From Paramecium tetraurelia (taxonomy: Eukaryota), in contig CT868017.1 in NCBI GenBank assembly GCA_000165425.1, positions 1 to 64,000 on the forward strand: 64,000 nt of DNA, written 5' to 3'. The notes beneath the pieces were generated by a model. That model made no database searches, had not been told where the DNA came from, and was given only the letters and a program-made list of their open reading frames with translations. Made by a program: the position numbers and the translations under genes. Within the stretch, counting starts at the first letter, position 1. The number at the start of each line of letters is the position of its first letter. Of this stretch, positions 29,013 through 41,802 are shown in pieces.

Positions 29013-29501
29013 CATTTTTATTAATTTACATTAAAATTCTATAAAAAAATTCTACATAGATTAATTTAATCGCTTATCTTTCATTAACCAAATAGTTTTA
29101 TTATTAAATCCATAACTATTAATTTAAAAATCAAAAACTATTTTAGAGATTTCCTGTTTATGTAGATTTCGTATATGTATTAATATCAATTAAATATTTA
29201 CATAATAAACAATTCATTCTTTTAATGTTGTTCATTCTCCTTAGGTTTGTTAGATATTTAAAAAATTAATAAAATTTGTATTATAATGAGAAATTTTATT
29301 TAAATTTTATTATTCTATTTTAATGATAAACAATGTAGACTAGCTCTTAAGAAAATAAATAAATTTTCAAGAAATAAAACACTCAAACATTCTATAAAAT
29401 GTTATTAATATATTGAACTTACAGATTTGATCATAATAAAACTAGTTTAACTTGATTTTTTAAACAGAATATTTTAAAAATCTTATTATTTTTTTTTGTA
29501 A

Positions 29502-31986
29502 ATGAAAAAAGAAAGTGAATGTGTGAAGGTTGTGGTTAGAGTGAGGCCCTTTAATCAGAAAGAGAAAGAAAATAATAGTAAACCTTGTGTGAACGTGGAT
29601 GAAAAATAAAATGTAGTTGAACTATTGAAGGTATGATAAAAGGATAATAAATAGCTTACTGATAATGAGACGAAGTAGTTTTCTTATGATTATGTTTTTG
29701 GAATGAATGCTAAATAATCATACATATACGAAAAGACGGCATTCAATTTAGTAGAATCTGTGATTGATGGGTATAATGGGACAATATTCGCCTATGGTTA
29801 AACAGGTACTTTATATAGTAATTTAAGGGTGTGGAAAGACCTTCACTATGACTGGAGTTCCTGAGAATGTAACTATTTGATTTTAAGCTTTTAGGAAGAA
29901 CTTAAGGGTATCATCCCGAGAACATTCACTCAAATATAGACGATTATCGATACAAACACAGACACAAAGAAGAAATTCTTGGTCAGATGTTCTTTTCTTG
30001 AGATATACAACGAGGAAATTCGGGACTTATTGGGAAAAGATCATAAAGCAAGATTAGAATTAAAAGAGTCTCAAGGTTCTGTCTCAGTAAAGGACTTAAC
30101 CATGGTTACAGTGAAAACTGCTTAGGATATGGATAAATACATGACTCTTGGTTAGAGTAACAGATCTGTTGGAGCCACAGCTATGAATGCACAATCAAGT
30201 AGATCTCACTGCATTTTTACTGTGTATGTTGAAAGTTAGATAGTAGATGCTAAGGGGAGTGAGTTTATCAGAGTAGGAAAACTTAATTTAGTAGATTTAG
30301 CTGGAAGTGAAAGATAGTCTAAGACTCAAGCCACTGGAGACAGACTTAAGGAAGCAACTAAGATTAATTTGTCCTTATCTGCATTGGGCAATGTGATTTC
30401 AGCATTAGTAGATGGGAAAACTCAGCATATTCCTTATAGGGATTCAAAATTAACCAGATTATTGTAAGACTCTTTGGGTGGTAATACTAAAACAGTTATG
30501 ATCACTGCTTTAAGTCCTGCCGATTACAATTATGATGAAACTCTATCTAGTTTAAGGTATGCATCTAGAGCCAAAATGATCAAAAATCAACCTAAGATCA
30601 ATGAGGATCCAAAGGATGCTTTGTTGAAATAATAGGCAGATGAAATTTCAAAATTAAAAGAATAATTATCTAAATTACACAAGAATGGGGGTGGAGGAGG
30701 CTCAGAGAAAGAGATTTAAAATAATAGTAATGCTAATCAGAGTTTTTATGCAAATTTGAAGAAATAATAAGAGAATCTTGAAATTGAAAAGATTAAAACT
30801 GATGAAGTGTAGAAGGAACTTCAAAAACTGAAATAAGATAATGAGAGGTTAATGAAGGAAAGGATGGAAAAAGAGGAATAGATGTCCAGACAAAAATAAA
30901 GAGAGCTTGAGTAATTGATAAAAGATAATGAAAAGTTATAAAAGGAAAAAGAAAAGGTATTAGAACAAATAGCAGAAAAGGAGTAAAAAGCTGTAGAGGA
31001 ATAAAATTTAAGGTAGAAATTGGAAGAGTTAATGCAAGCAAAAGAGAAGATGGTTGTTACAGGAGGAAAAGCAAGTGAAGAAGAAAAAAAGAAGTATCGT
31101 TTATAATAGAAGAAGTTGAAATAATAAAGTCAAGAACATGAGCAATTATTGGAAGAAAGAGAGAAACAGAAGGATGAATTGTATGAGATTGAACAAAAAT
31201 ATCAATCAGTCTAAGAAGAAATTGAAGCCTTAAGGAAAAAAAATTTGAGATTGAGGAAAGCCCATAAAGAGGCAATGGTAGAAATAAAGGATATTCAAAA
31301 AGAAAATGAGCAGGATAAAGAAGAATTACTTGAAAGTATTAGAGGTTTGGAAAGAGAAAATACATTATATTTACGAATATTGTTAACTTTGTTTAAAGAG
31401 GATGAATTATAGAGTCTTAAGGGCGATTGTGTTTATGATGAAGAAAAGAAAGATTATAAGGTCCCTCCTTTTATCTTTAAGTAGAATAAGGTGTCCTATC
31501 CTTCCTTGCCTTACAAAGAAGGTATTTTTTTAATTTATTTTTTAACTAGCTCAGGAGTATATTGAAAATCTTAAAGATTAAAGACAATTACAAATTAACC
31601 CTAAGCAGGATATGCTTGAGAATCCTATTAGAAACAATAGTAAGGTGCGTTCTGAGGAAGTCTAATTAAGATCAAATAGTCAAGGGTTTGATTAAAAAGC
31701 CAGATAAAATCAAATGTTGTTATAACAGAAGTAATAGGTGTAAGAATTAGAGAAAATGTATCCAGCCTCATAAACACCTTAGTTGGAGAAAAAACAAAAA
31801 GTATAGCTGAGTCCTATTGAAAATAAATCTGACCGGCCTCCTTCTACTCAACATAGTGATAAAAACATTTTCAAATAATCTCCTTTAACAAAATAGAAAG
31901 AACTTCAAGTTCCCTAGAAACCACTTAGCAAAATTCCTTTAGGAAAACTACCGCCAGATATTGATAGAAAGAATTATCATTATTGA
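29502..31986 (+). CDS. Kinesin-2 family motor (KIF3/KIF17/OSM-3-like)
   Basis: [12 protein letters not shown]-loop GQTGCGKT, switch I NAQSSRSH, switch [34 protein letters not shown], neck [14 protein letters not shown], coiled-coil stalk; four 22-28 nt introns. Confidence 0.95.
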
Positions 31987-32035
31987 GAGGAGATTTAATT
32001 TGGTATGTCTAAATATTAACAATAATATAAATTGA

Positions 32036-33336
32036 TCAATTCTTTTAAACAGAAGTTTATGCTTAGCTTTTCTCAACATATTCCACTTCATTCTTATTGG
32101 GGTATTTTTTGGTTTTTTCAATTTTTGTTCTTTTTTATAATTACTAATTATTTATTTAGAATCTTTAGTCCAATGAAAAGTTTTAGACCTCTCCATTAGA
32201 TTCGGGATTTTGCTATTGTTCAAATCCTTAATTTTGAGAGTATTATTGTTATTAATTTTATCTAGCAGGTTTTTCGTAATTTTGCTGCTTGCCATATTGT
32301 TGTTTATTGCTGTTTTATTATTGATAATATTGATTCTAATAAAATCCGTTGTTTTGTTACCAATATTGAGGAGTCTATTGAAATTAATAACCTAAAATAA
32401 TTAAATTTTATATACCAACTTATTATTATTAATAATAATAAGGTTAGTAAGGTTATTAATAATAATATTATTAGCCATAAGGAGGTTAATAGTATCCCCC
32501 TTAAGACTTTCGATTGTTTTTTTTCCTCTCGTAGGATGCAACTGAGAAGGAGAATGGGATAGTTTCAAAGACAGAGGAGAGTTCCTTGAATTTCTTCTCA
32601 AATCTTTGGTTGTTTGTTCTTTCCTCTCTATTTTCAAACTGTTGAATTATAAAATAACAATACTTCCAATTTATCTAGTTGAGGAAATTCTTCAAATAAG
32701 CTTTTATTGGAGACTTCATTTTGAAATATTTTTGTCATTTTGATGCCATTTTCATTTGATAATTCTGTGCAATCTATCAAATCATAAACTGATTTCAAGG
32801 TTTCTTCACTACCTTCTAACTTTTGAATTTGCTTGATATTTTCGAATAGCTTAAATGAAAGATCCTTAATATACAACTAAATGATAAATGATGCTCATAC
32901 CCATTCTATTGAAAATGTGCCAAACCATTTATTTTCAATTAACCAAAACTTAAAGTGGAATTTAGGATTGAATGCAGAAGTTAGCTTTGCCATTCCGCTA
33001 AAGCACATACTATTAATTTCTGTAAAGAACAGATAAACTTCTTATTTCTTATTTGTGAATGCTTCGTGTAATCGTTCGTTTTTACGAGATGAGCTATTAT
33101 CTTATTAATCATTTACCTCGTCCAAATGCCGTACTTCATAGCTCTATGGACATTGTCTTCTCCTTATGTTCTTATAATAAAGAATTTGCATTCTTCTAAA
33201 TTGTTAAATTCGTGATTAAGGTTGATTTTTGCTAAAGAGGGAAATTTCTTTCGGATCTAGTTGATATCGTCATAACTTTCTAATGATATGAAGGGAGGCT
33301 AAGAATATGGAAATGCTATACTTGATCGTTCATCAT
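32036..33336 (-). CDS. YTH-domain (m6A reader) protein with Q/N/P-rich C-terminal tail
   Basis: FFIIRTQGEDNVHRAMKYGIWTSS..VYLFFTEINSMCFSGMAKL..KFWLIENKWFGTFSIEWLYIKDL matches the YTHDF-type consensus, including three cage tryptophans. Confidence 0.88.
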
Positions 33337-33408
33337 TTGCTTAAATAAAAATAAAAGATTTAAATAATTTCTGAAATATATTTAATTGATCATCATTATG
33401 AAACCAAA

Positions 33409-34411
33409 TCAATCGACAGCAGTGTTTATTTTCTCAAATCTTTTCTCCGTATTACTCCATATCACCCCATTCGAAGGCAATTGTCTAAAGCTAGGCAGCA
33501 AAATTTAAAATAAATATTTGAAATCACCAAACACTTATTTTAAATTTTCAATTATTTCCTCTCTCTCATAGGTAGTTTTTCTGTTTCTGTCCATAAATTC
33601 AATTGCAGTAAACCCCCTGAGAACTAAGAACCAATTCCACCCTCCAAAACATCCCATCGACCAAGATAATGCAAGTTCAAGGACCCACAAAGTGGAAAAC
33701 AAAGAACTTCTTTTATTTTTAAAATCTTCAAAATCTGTGGAAAAAACAATATTTAAATTTAATAAAGTAAAAAAGGAAGTACCTAAGAATATGTAAGTGA
33801 GAAATAGAACAAAGTATCTATGATTTTAGTGACCAACACAATTATCAATCCAAGGACAATGGTGATCCATTTTCAATACACATTTGTTACATATGCTGCA
33901 ATGATGAGTTCTTTTAGGTTTAGGCAATAAACACGAATTACAAAATCCTAAAGTAGATTGATCCAAAGTGTTGGCTTGTTAGGCATTATTAGCTTCTAAT
34001 TTTGGTGTGTAGTTAAATTTTAGATATCTTAAATTAGGATTAGGATTGTTCTCTAGTTAGTTTTCATTATTTTCTATGTCATTTTAAATAGGGATAAAAT
34101 ACTAATTTGTAGTACCTGGAGAAACTTAAATTACAAAGGTGTAGTTTAGGATTACATTGAAGCCTACGATAAAAAATAATTGTACTTAATAGTAGTCCAA
34201 CAAGGAGAATTGCAATAGTTAGATAGGTATTCGAATAAACCAAATGATATTGCATTGCGGTGTCAAATATGAAGGAATAAATGATGGTTGAAATGAGCAG
34301 ATAGCAAAATACGATTAGGAGTTTACTAAAGCAGGAGAGTATTTTATTCAAAGAGTATTTTTTTTGTGCTTTATTTAAATTAGATTAGTAATCCTCTTGT
34401 AATTGTTACAT
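33409..34411 (-). CDS. DHHC palmitoyltransferase
   Basis: [45 protein letters not shown] plus flanking TM helices. Confidence 0.95.
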
Positions 34412-34682
34412 TAATTTAATTATTTAGTATTAAATACATATAATTCTCTCTTATTTATAAAATTATATAACGACTATATTGTGATAAGATTTTAGCTGAC
34501 ATCAGTTGGAGGAATTTAAATTCAAGTATGCTCGATTTAGAAAAGGCAGAATCGAATTGACTTGGCTTTCTAGGAGCTAAGAATATTTAAGGAGGTTTAA
34601 AATTCTTCAAAAAATATCTTTTAGAAGAATAATAAATATGTTTAAACAAATATGTTAAATATGTTAAATCGTAACAAAAATA

Positions 34683-35021
34683 TCATTTAATACAAATAAA
34701 AGATTAATTTACTATCTAGAGAGCCCTACAAATGTGACATTTTAAGGTTTATGAATGTTATATCGAGATAATTTGATTTAAATCATCTTAACACAAGACA
34801 TGTCCACATAATAATTTAACTGTATTTTCTTCATTTAGATGACAAAAACATATGGGACACTCCTCCTCCTTGTATGAAGAATCCGTTTAAGTTGTAAGTA
34901 TGAATTATGGAGTCTCTTCTTCTTCTTCAATGAATGCATTTTAACGAATCAATGTCGGAGGAGGTAACATCAATTCATCTAGATCCATTTCATCATAATT
35001 ATAACTATCGGTGCCTTCCAT
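34683..35021 (-). CDS. Small RING-finger protein (112 aa)
   Basis: Intronless ORF MEGTDSYNYDEMDLDELMLPPPTLIRQNAF...CPICFCHLNEENTVKLLCGHVLCQDD...KCHICRA. Confidence 0.8.
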
Positions 35022-35306
35022 CGATTTCTTTTGCTTTTTAAATAAGCTTTATTTTTTTAATTTTTATTAAACATCTCATTGTGTTCCCATATAAATAGGG
35101 AATTCAAGATTTAAAAGTTTATCCTGTCCTATATGGCTTCAGAACATTCCAATAAAAGTTGGTAATTGTTATTCTAACTTAATGGAAACCCAATTCGCAT
35201 TTAAAAAAGGGAAAAGCTTTTCCTTCTCATACCCTAAGATTAATTCTAAATATTAATCATAAATTCATCAATTAAATTAAAATAGTTTATAATTCTTGAA
35301 AAATAA

Positions 35307-35813
35307 ATGTGGAAAATAATGTTATTGTCTTGTTTGATTATGTTTGGGTAATCGGCCCTCTAGCCCTCCGTATTGAATTTTATGCAAGGATATGCCTTCG
35401 GAGTGGGAATGGGAGACGAAGTTCCAGAGATTATGGATTGCGTATTGGATGTCATTCTAGTCAAGCCTTAATGGGATATAATACTGAAATAATTCAAATA
35501 AGGCGGTGCTATCAATATTTGGAATGGTTTGACTGACATATTATTCTCTTTTGATCAGTTTGCTCAATAATGTGGAAACACAACTATTGGGTTGAACAAA
35601 ATTCAGAAACAAATAAGAAAGATTTTCACAAGTTTATATTTCGGTTACTTTTTAGCTCCTAAGTTATTCAAGTAGGTGATAGAGAATCTGAGTCAAGAAA
35701 GTGAGAAAGTATCAGAATTATCTTGTTAATTTGTAGAATTAATGACGGAAAAAGATACATACTAAAGTGGCTATGTAATTGGATAACTGGTTTCAATAGT
35801 ATTTGAAATTTGA
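35307..35813 (+). CDS. Small putative secreted protein (168 aa), function unknown
   Basis: Open code-6 ORF with signal-peptide-like start MWKIMLLSCLIMFGQS and end YQSGYVIGQLVSIVFEI-TGA. Confidence 0.75.
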
Positions 35814-35877
35814 GATTATAGCTAGCATTACATAATTAAATATTTATTAATATTATCAAAGAACACAGAATTATCCA

Positions 35878-37309
35878 ATGAAGAAATTTCACGCATTTTT
35901 AATCTTCTCTACATGCAATATGTTCGTTTCTATGTGTGGATCTCTCATTACTCCCTTCTTTCCCCCTTACGCCGATAAAAAAGGAATATCCTAGACCACT
36001 TTGGGATTGATAATAGCTGCTGGTCCCTTCGGTGGATTATTAGCTTCAATTATAATTGCTAAAACTTTGAATCACGTAAAATTTTATACCATATTTCTAG
36101 AGAAACAGGAACAAATACATATTAATTGGAGTGTTGGGAGAACCTCTAAGTTTACTGTTTTTTTCCTTGACTGACCTTTTTGAAGATAAAGTTCCGATCA
36201 TCATAATTGCATCTATAGGGAGATTTATAGGAGGAATTGTATTAAAAATATAATATATAAAGGGAACATCCTTATTTTTGACACCTTTCTTTGGGTATAT
36301 TCCAATTTTATACCCCAAAGATGTTGAAAAAAAAGTGAGCATTAGTGAAGCATTTAGTAGCGTAGGATTTTTTGCTGGGCCTGCATTGGGATCAGCTCTG
36401 TATGCTTTGGGAGGTTACTTGACTCCGTTCCTAGTATTTAGTTCGTTTGGATTCCTCTCGTTGCCATTTTTATATGCAGCATTGTAATCTGTGGGGCCAA
36501 AAAAATATTAAGTGGAAGTGTAAAGATAGATTGCAGAAATCGAGGAAACAAAGAAGTTGACAGAAATTTAGCAAACTCTTTTGGCAACTCAATAATTAGA
36601 TGGGGAACAACGATTAACTTTCCTTTCTTTGGTTCAACATTACCCAGTTGTTGTTATTTTTTGGGTTATAACCCTAGTAAACATTTGCATGACATACTTC
36701 CAACCAATCTTATCAATCTACTTTACAAAGCAATACGATTTTGACGAGGGCTAAATCGGCTTCATCATGACGATAGTATCCTTGGCTTACACTTTAGGAT
36801 GTTATCTTTGCGGATATAATAGAAACTATAAACGAGAAGTAATTTAAAATTGTTATAATATTCTAGATGGCTTGCATTTGTTTGTTTTTCTTTGGTTGTT
36901 CCTATTTCTTGGCTGGTCCTGACACTGAACTCATTCAAGTTCCCCATAAATTGTGGATTGCTCTGATGGCACAGTTCTTATTGGGAGTTTTGAGTGGTCC
37001 TGCTTATGTTCCTTCTCTGCCTGTGTTGAATGAATTCTTGTTGTTCCATTATCCAATTCAGACCATCAGAGTGGCCACTTATTCTTCTGCTTTGTAAATA
37101 TAGGGAATTAATTTCATTTTAGATTGACTAGTGGAATGTTTATTGGTCAGTTAACTGGACCCATAATTGCAGGTATTTTGGGGGATGAATATGGATTTGA
37201 ACGAGCTTGCAGTATTTTGGGAGTCATCATTATTGTCACGTCGTTTATCTATGTTCCAATCATATTTATGAAGTCTAAAAAAGAAAATAAATAAGCATTA
37301 TTATCATGA
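35878..37309 (+). CDS. Major facilitator superfamily transporter (SLC18B1-like)
   Basis: SLITPFFPPYADKKGIS, GFFAGPALGSALYALGGYLTPF, GQLTGPIIAGILGDEYGFERA; multiple TM segments; short introns. Confidence 0.9.
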
Positions 37310-37390
37310 TCATTTGTATATAAAAATTGACATCAATAATTTAATATTTTTGTTCATTTTTTTCTGTTTTCCTCACTTTAACCTTTCAAT

Positions 37391-37399
37391 TTTTGGCGC
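37391..37399 (+). promoter_or_regulatory. E2F-type motif TTTTGGCGC upstream of Cdt1
   Basis: Matches TTTSSCGC about 80 nt upstream of the Cdt1 ATG in otherwise very AT-rich intergenic DNA; related GCCAAAA and GCGCAA nearby. Confidence 0.45.
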
Positions 37400-37479
37400 T
37401 ATTAATTTAATGCCAAAATGTGGGGTTTATAGCTTCAGAAGCGCAATTTCGGAACATAATAATTAATAATAACAAGAGA

Positions 37480-38406
37480 ATGAGTAGCAACAAACTAATA
37501 AAAACTTAGTCAGAACAATAAACCAATGGTGAAGATGAATCCACAAGACATCTAAACGATATCATAGGTGTGAAACCTACTCAAATCGAATAACTTCCTT
37601 CTTACTCCATCAATTTTAGAAGTCTGAGACAAAGGTATGGCTCAATTTAAGATTAATATCCATTACCACTTAAATTTGAATAATTATTATAAACTATGAA
37701 AATCATAGAACAGACTTATTGGAAAAAGAAGAAGCCAATCATTTATGAAATTAAAACCAATGCTTTCAAAATCTTATAAATTGGATAATTATTAAAACTC
37801 GATTAAGAACTTTACGACATTAAAATTGTTGAAAAATCTGTGCAAATCACTCCCAACGATGTCCCTATTGAGAATTTGCCTGCATTTCAGCCTTTTGCTC
37901 AACAATTAGCTCCTATCTTCGAGAACAGGATAGCTGGAGTCAGAAGCAAACTGGATCGATTAGTATAATAAGTTCATGAAAAATATCTAGATGTGATAGG
38001 TGAATCGGATTTCAATGAGCAATCAATGAAATTCAAAGTCTATCATCCTACATTTGACCTTAATTTGGTCCCTGACATCATCCCATAACAATTACCCTTC
38101 TAAATTTATTCAGAAGAACAGAGAGTTCAACTGTAGTAGATCATCGAGAATACAATTCAATACTTCACTAAGAGAACGGTCTCCTTTATGTTCTATCCCA
38201 ACCTGGTTAATTATTTGTTGACAAAGATCGAGATGAATAAAGAGCAGATGGAAAAATATATACAGTTTTTGATGAAGGTTCAACCTGATTTTCTGTAGAT
38301 TACTAATTAAAAGAAGGAGTAACTAAAAGCGAAATGGATAATCTAAATTAATAAGTCAAGTACTGTAGAAAATCAAATTCAATAATTGAGAACTTATTTT
38401 TATTGA
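37480..38406 (+). CDS. CDT1: DNA replication licensing factor Cdt1-like (308 aa)
   Basis: YPLPLKFEQLL; FENRIAGVRSKLDRLVQQVHEKYL; VYHPTFDLNLVPDIIPQQLP (cf. WHPRFNVDEVPDIEPAALP); C-terminal EQMEKYIQFLMKVQPDFL; intronless. Confidence 0.78.
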
Positions 38407-38638
38407 TTGGATATATGTATATTTCTTTAGTTTTGAGCATTGTTACATTTTCTATTGATTAAAATAAGTATGAATTTAGTTTAAAAATAATAACCCAATT
38501 TCTCTACAATAACTCAATAAGATTAATTAATCCTGGAGGGTGGAGTGTCCTAAGATATAGTATTGAAGGCATGAGTGTGAAATTCGAGTCGATTAATTTA
38601 CATAATATAAATAATTATTTTAAAAATTAGTGAAATTA

Positions 38639-39886
38639 ATGATAAAGAAATAACCAACAAAACAAGCCACTAGGATGCAAACCTAAGCTAATGATTAATA
38701 AGAAGTTATAGCAGTAAATTAATTTTGTAATGATTAAAGCAAAGTCAACAGGCAGCTAAATACACTTTAAATTAAATTGTCGGTAATGGAACATTTGGAA
38801 TGGTTTATTTGGTATGTGTCATCACTATAGCATAGGCAACAAACAGTTAGAGCAACGAAAAGGTGGCGATTAAAAAGGTGTTTCAAGACAAAAGATATAA
38901 GAATAGGGAACACTTGATAATTTAGGAGTTGAATCATCCCTGTGTTATAAAATTGAAGGAAGCCTTTTTCACCCAAGGAGACAAGGTAAAACAGTATATC
39001 CATAGGAAAGGGCGATGACGTGTATTTGAATTTGGTCATGGATTACATTCCTGATACGCTGAGCAAGGTTATTAGATATTACAAAAAGGCAAAACAACCA
39101 TTTCCTGCTGTTCTATTAAAAATTTATAGTTACTAGATGTTTCGAGCATTAGCCTATTTAGAAGGTAAGCACCATGAGTATCAAATAGGGATTGGCATTT
39201 GCCATCGAGATATAAAACCATAGAATATTCTTGTGGATCCGAATTCGCATGTTTTGAAAATATGCGATTTCGGATCAGCCAAAAGACTGCAGAAGGGTGA
39301 GCCAAATGTGGCTTACATATGTTCACGTTATTATAGAGCCCCCGAATTGATATTCGGAGCCACAGAATACAGCACAGCGATAGACACTTGGTCGATTGGT
39401 TGTGTGATAGCTGAGATGCTGATTGGAGAACCTTTGTTCCCTGGAGAAAGTGCCACTGATTAACTGGTCGAGATCATCAAAATATTGGGCACTCCCACTG
39501 TTGAGCAGGTCAAACAGATGAACCCTATGCACAAGGAATTTAAATTCCCTCAGATCAAGAATCACCCATGGAATAAAGTACATGAGTCTCATTCATTCGA
39601 TGTAGGTGTTCCAGAAGTTCAAGCCTGATCCGTTGTTTGTCGATTTGATATCGAAAATAATGTTGTATCCTCCCAGAGAGAGGTTGAGACCATTGGAGGC
39701 GTTGTCTCATCCATTTTTCAATGAAATAAGAGACGAAAAGTTTGGAATCCCTAATGTAAAGTTACCAAACTTTTTTGATTTCACCAAAGGTATGAAATGA
39801 TATTGAAATTCGTAGAGGAATTGGGAATACAGCCTGAAATAGCATTTAAATTAACTCCGTAGTGGTATTAGTAAAAGAGGATATGA
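38639..39886 (+). CDS. GSK3: Glycogen synthase kinase-3 / shaggy-like kinase
   Basis: [64 protein letters not shown]; six tiny introns. Confidence 0.96.
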
Positions 39887-39904
39887 ACTTAATTATTTTA
39901 ATAA

Positions 39905-41695
39905 ATGAATCCCATTCGTGTCTATCCACTCAAATTTAATAACCAAGATTCTCTTGCCATTTCTCCTGGTCTCAAAAAGAAGCAACAACCTTCTGAACGC
40001 ACTCATACTTTGCAATTAAAGTAAGGGGATGCTTGTATTTTAGTCCTTAACAAACCCCTTAGTAAAGTCGAAGCAATCAAAAAAGACATCCGACCACTGG
40101 GTTGACTTCTTAGGAAGATAAAATAAAGCTTGTATGTCTATAAATTGCATAGGTTCTATTAGGTTACTTAAAAGAAATTATAATTGCTATAGCCATCGAG
40201 TTATTCGCCCAAAAAGAGAGTAATCAGCAGCAACAATGAGAAACCTGAACTTTCTAAATTCTCCTATCAATCAAGTGAAGTATGAATGAGATTTTAATGC
40301 AAGCCTCAGTCTCCAACCAAATTACCAAATTTAAAAAGAAGCGAATCATCTACAACAACACAAGAAATCTTAGCTAAAATTGATTTGAGTTTGGCTCAAA
40401 AGAGAAGCAAACGTACTGATACTAGCAATGCCGACAATACACCTCAGGTATGAATGAATCTTACACTCTTTAGAACAAGACCTCATTTCTAAAAATGTAT
40501 CAAGATACATCTCCTAAAATTCGTTAAATTTAAAGTCGAGTCAGCTCTTAGGTTATAGAACAGGATCTCAAAATCAAACCTAGAATGCCCTCTCAAGTGA
40601 TAATGCTGCATGGAAGATCAACAAGTCAAGCAGCCTTAGTAAATTCCAATCCTACAGAAAATGAGGAATTGCAAGATTATGTCTAACTGTTTTTATCAAA
40701 GTAAAATGTGAATGTCATCATCTCTAGATCTCAAGCAGGACAAAATGGAAACAAGTAAACTAAAACCAATTAGGATTCAGTAATCATCTCGAATAATTTT
40801 TGTGGAATGAAAAATAGGTACATTAATATCATTACTGTCTATTAAGATATTTATTTTCGGTCTGTGATGGACATGGCGTGTATGGACATTATGTTTCGTA
40901 ATTAATAAAAAGAGTATTGCCAACAATAATTGAAACATAATTGAAGACCTTCATTGGAAAACAAGAAATTGACATCGGTGAAGAATACTACACTGAAGTG
41001 GTCAAATGTTTTAACAGTAGTTTCTAAAAGATGACCAAAGATCTAGTAATTTATTGTTGTTTATACTTTAAGTAAAATTGCGGAATCGACATCAATTTCA
41101 GTGGTAGTACCTGTTCTACAGTGTTCGTTTCTGGTAACAATTTATGGTGCTCGAATATTGGCGATTCAAGATCTGTATTTCTATATACTCATCTTAGATA
41201 TTTATAGAACAACACAGAGACTCTAATAAGTGGAAGATTGTTGAATTGAGCAATGATCATAAACCTGATCTGCCAACAGAGAAGAAGAGAATCATAGCAA
41301 GCAAAGGAAGAGTACAGCCATTTGTGACTGAAAATGGGTAAAATATTGGTCCTGCCAGAGTGTGGCTTTTGCATGAACAAATACCTGGATTGGCTATGAG
41401 CAGATCTTTTGGAGATTATGTTGCTTCTACTGTTGGTGTCATCTCTGAACCAGAGGTCATTTATCATAAATTAAGTCAAAAATGCGGGTTTTTGGTTGTG
41501 GCTAGTGATGGGGTTTGGGAGTTCTTGAGCAATGAGGAAATTCAATAAATCATTTGCCGTTATTGGAGTCCTCAGATGAATGCCAAGAAGATAGATGAGA
41601 TGGTTGAAAATATTGTTAGAGAGTCTATTAAGAGATGGTAAGAGGAGGACGAAGTAATTGATGATATTTCAGTCATTATTGCATATCTCTCGTGA
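39905..41695 (+). CDS. Protein phosphatase 2C (PPM) with low-complexity N-terminus
   Basis: KTNQDS, SVCDGHG, SGSTC, NIGDSRS, DHKPD, GLAMSRSFGD, VVASDGVWEF, DDISVII. Confidence 0.94.
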
Positions 41696-41802
41696 ATATC
41701 ATTAAAATAATCAATTAAGAATTAAGAATTAAGAAATTCAATCCATATTTATTATAAAATTAATTAAGAATAAGATAGAGATGCAGATACAATGATCAGA
41801 AA

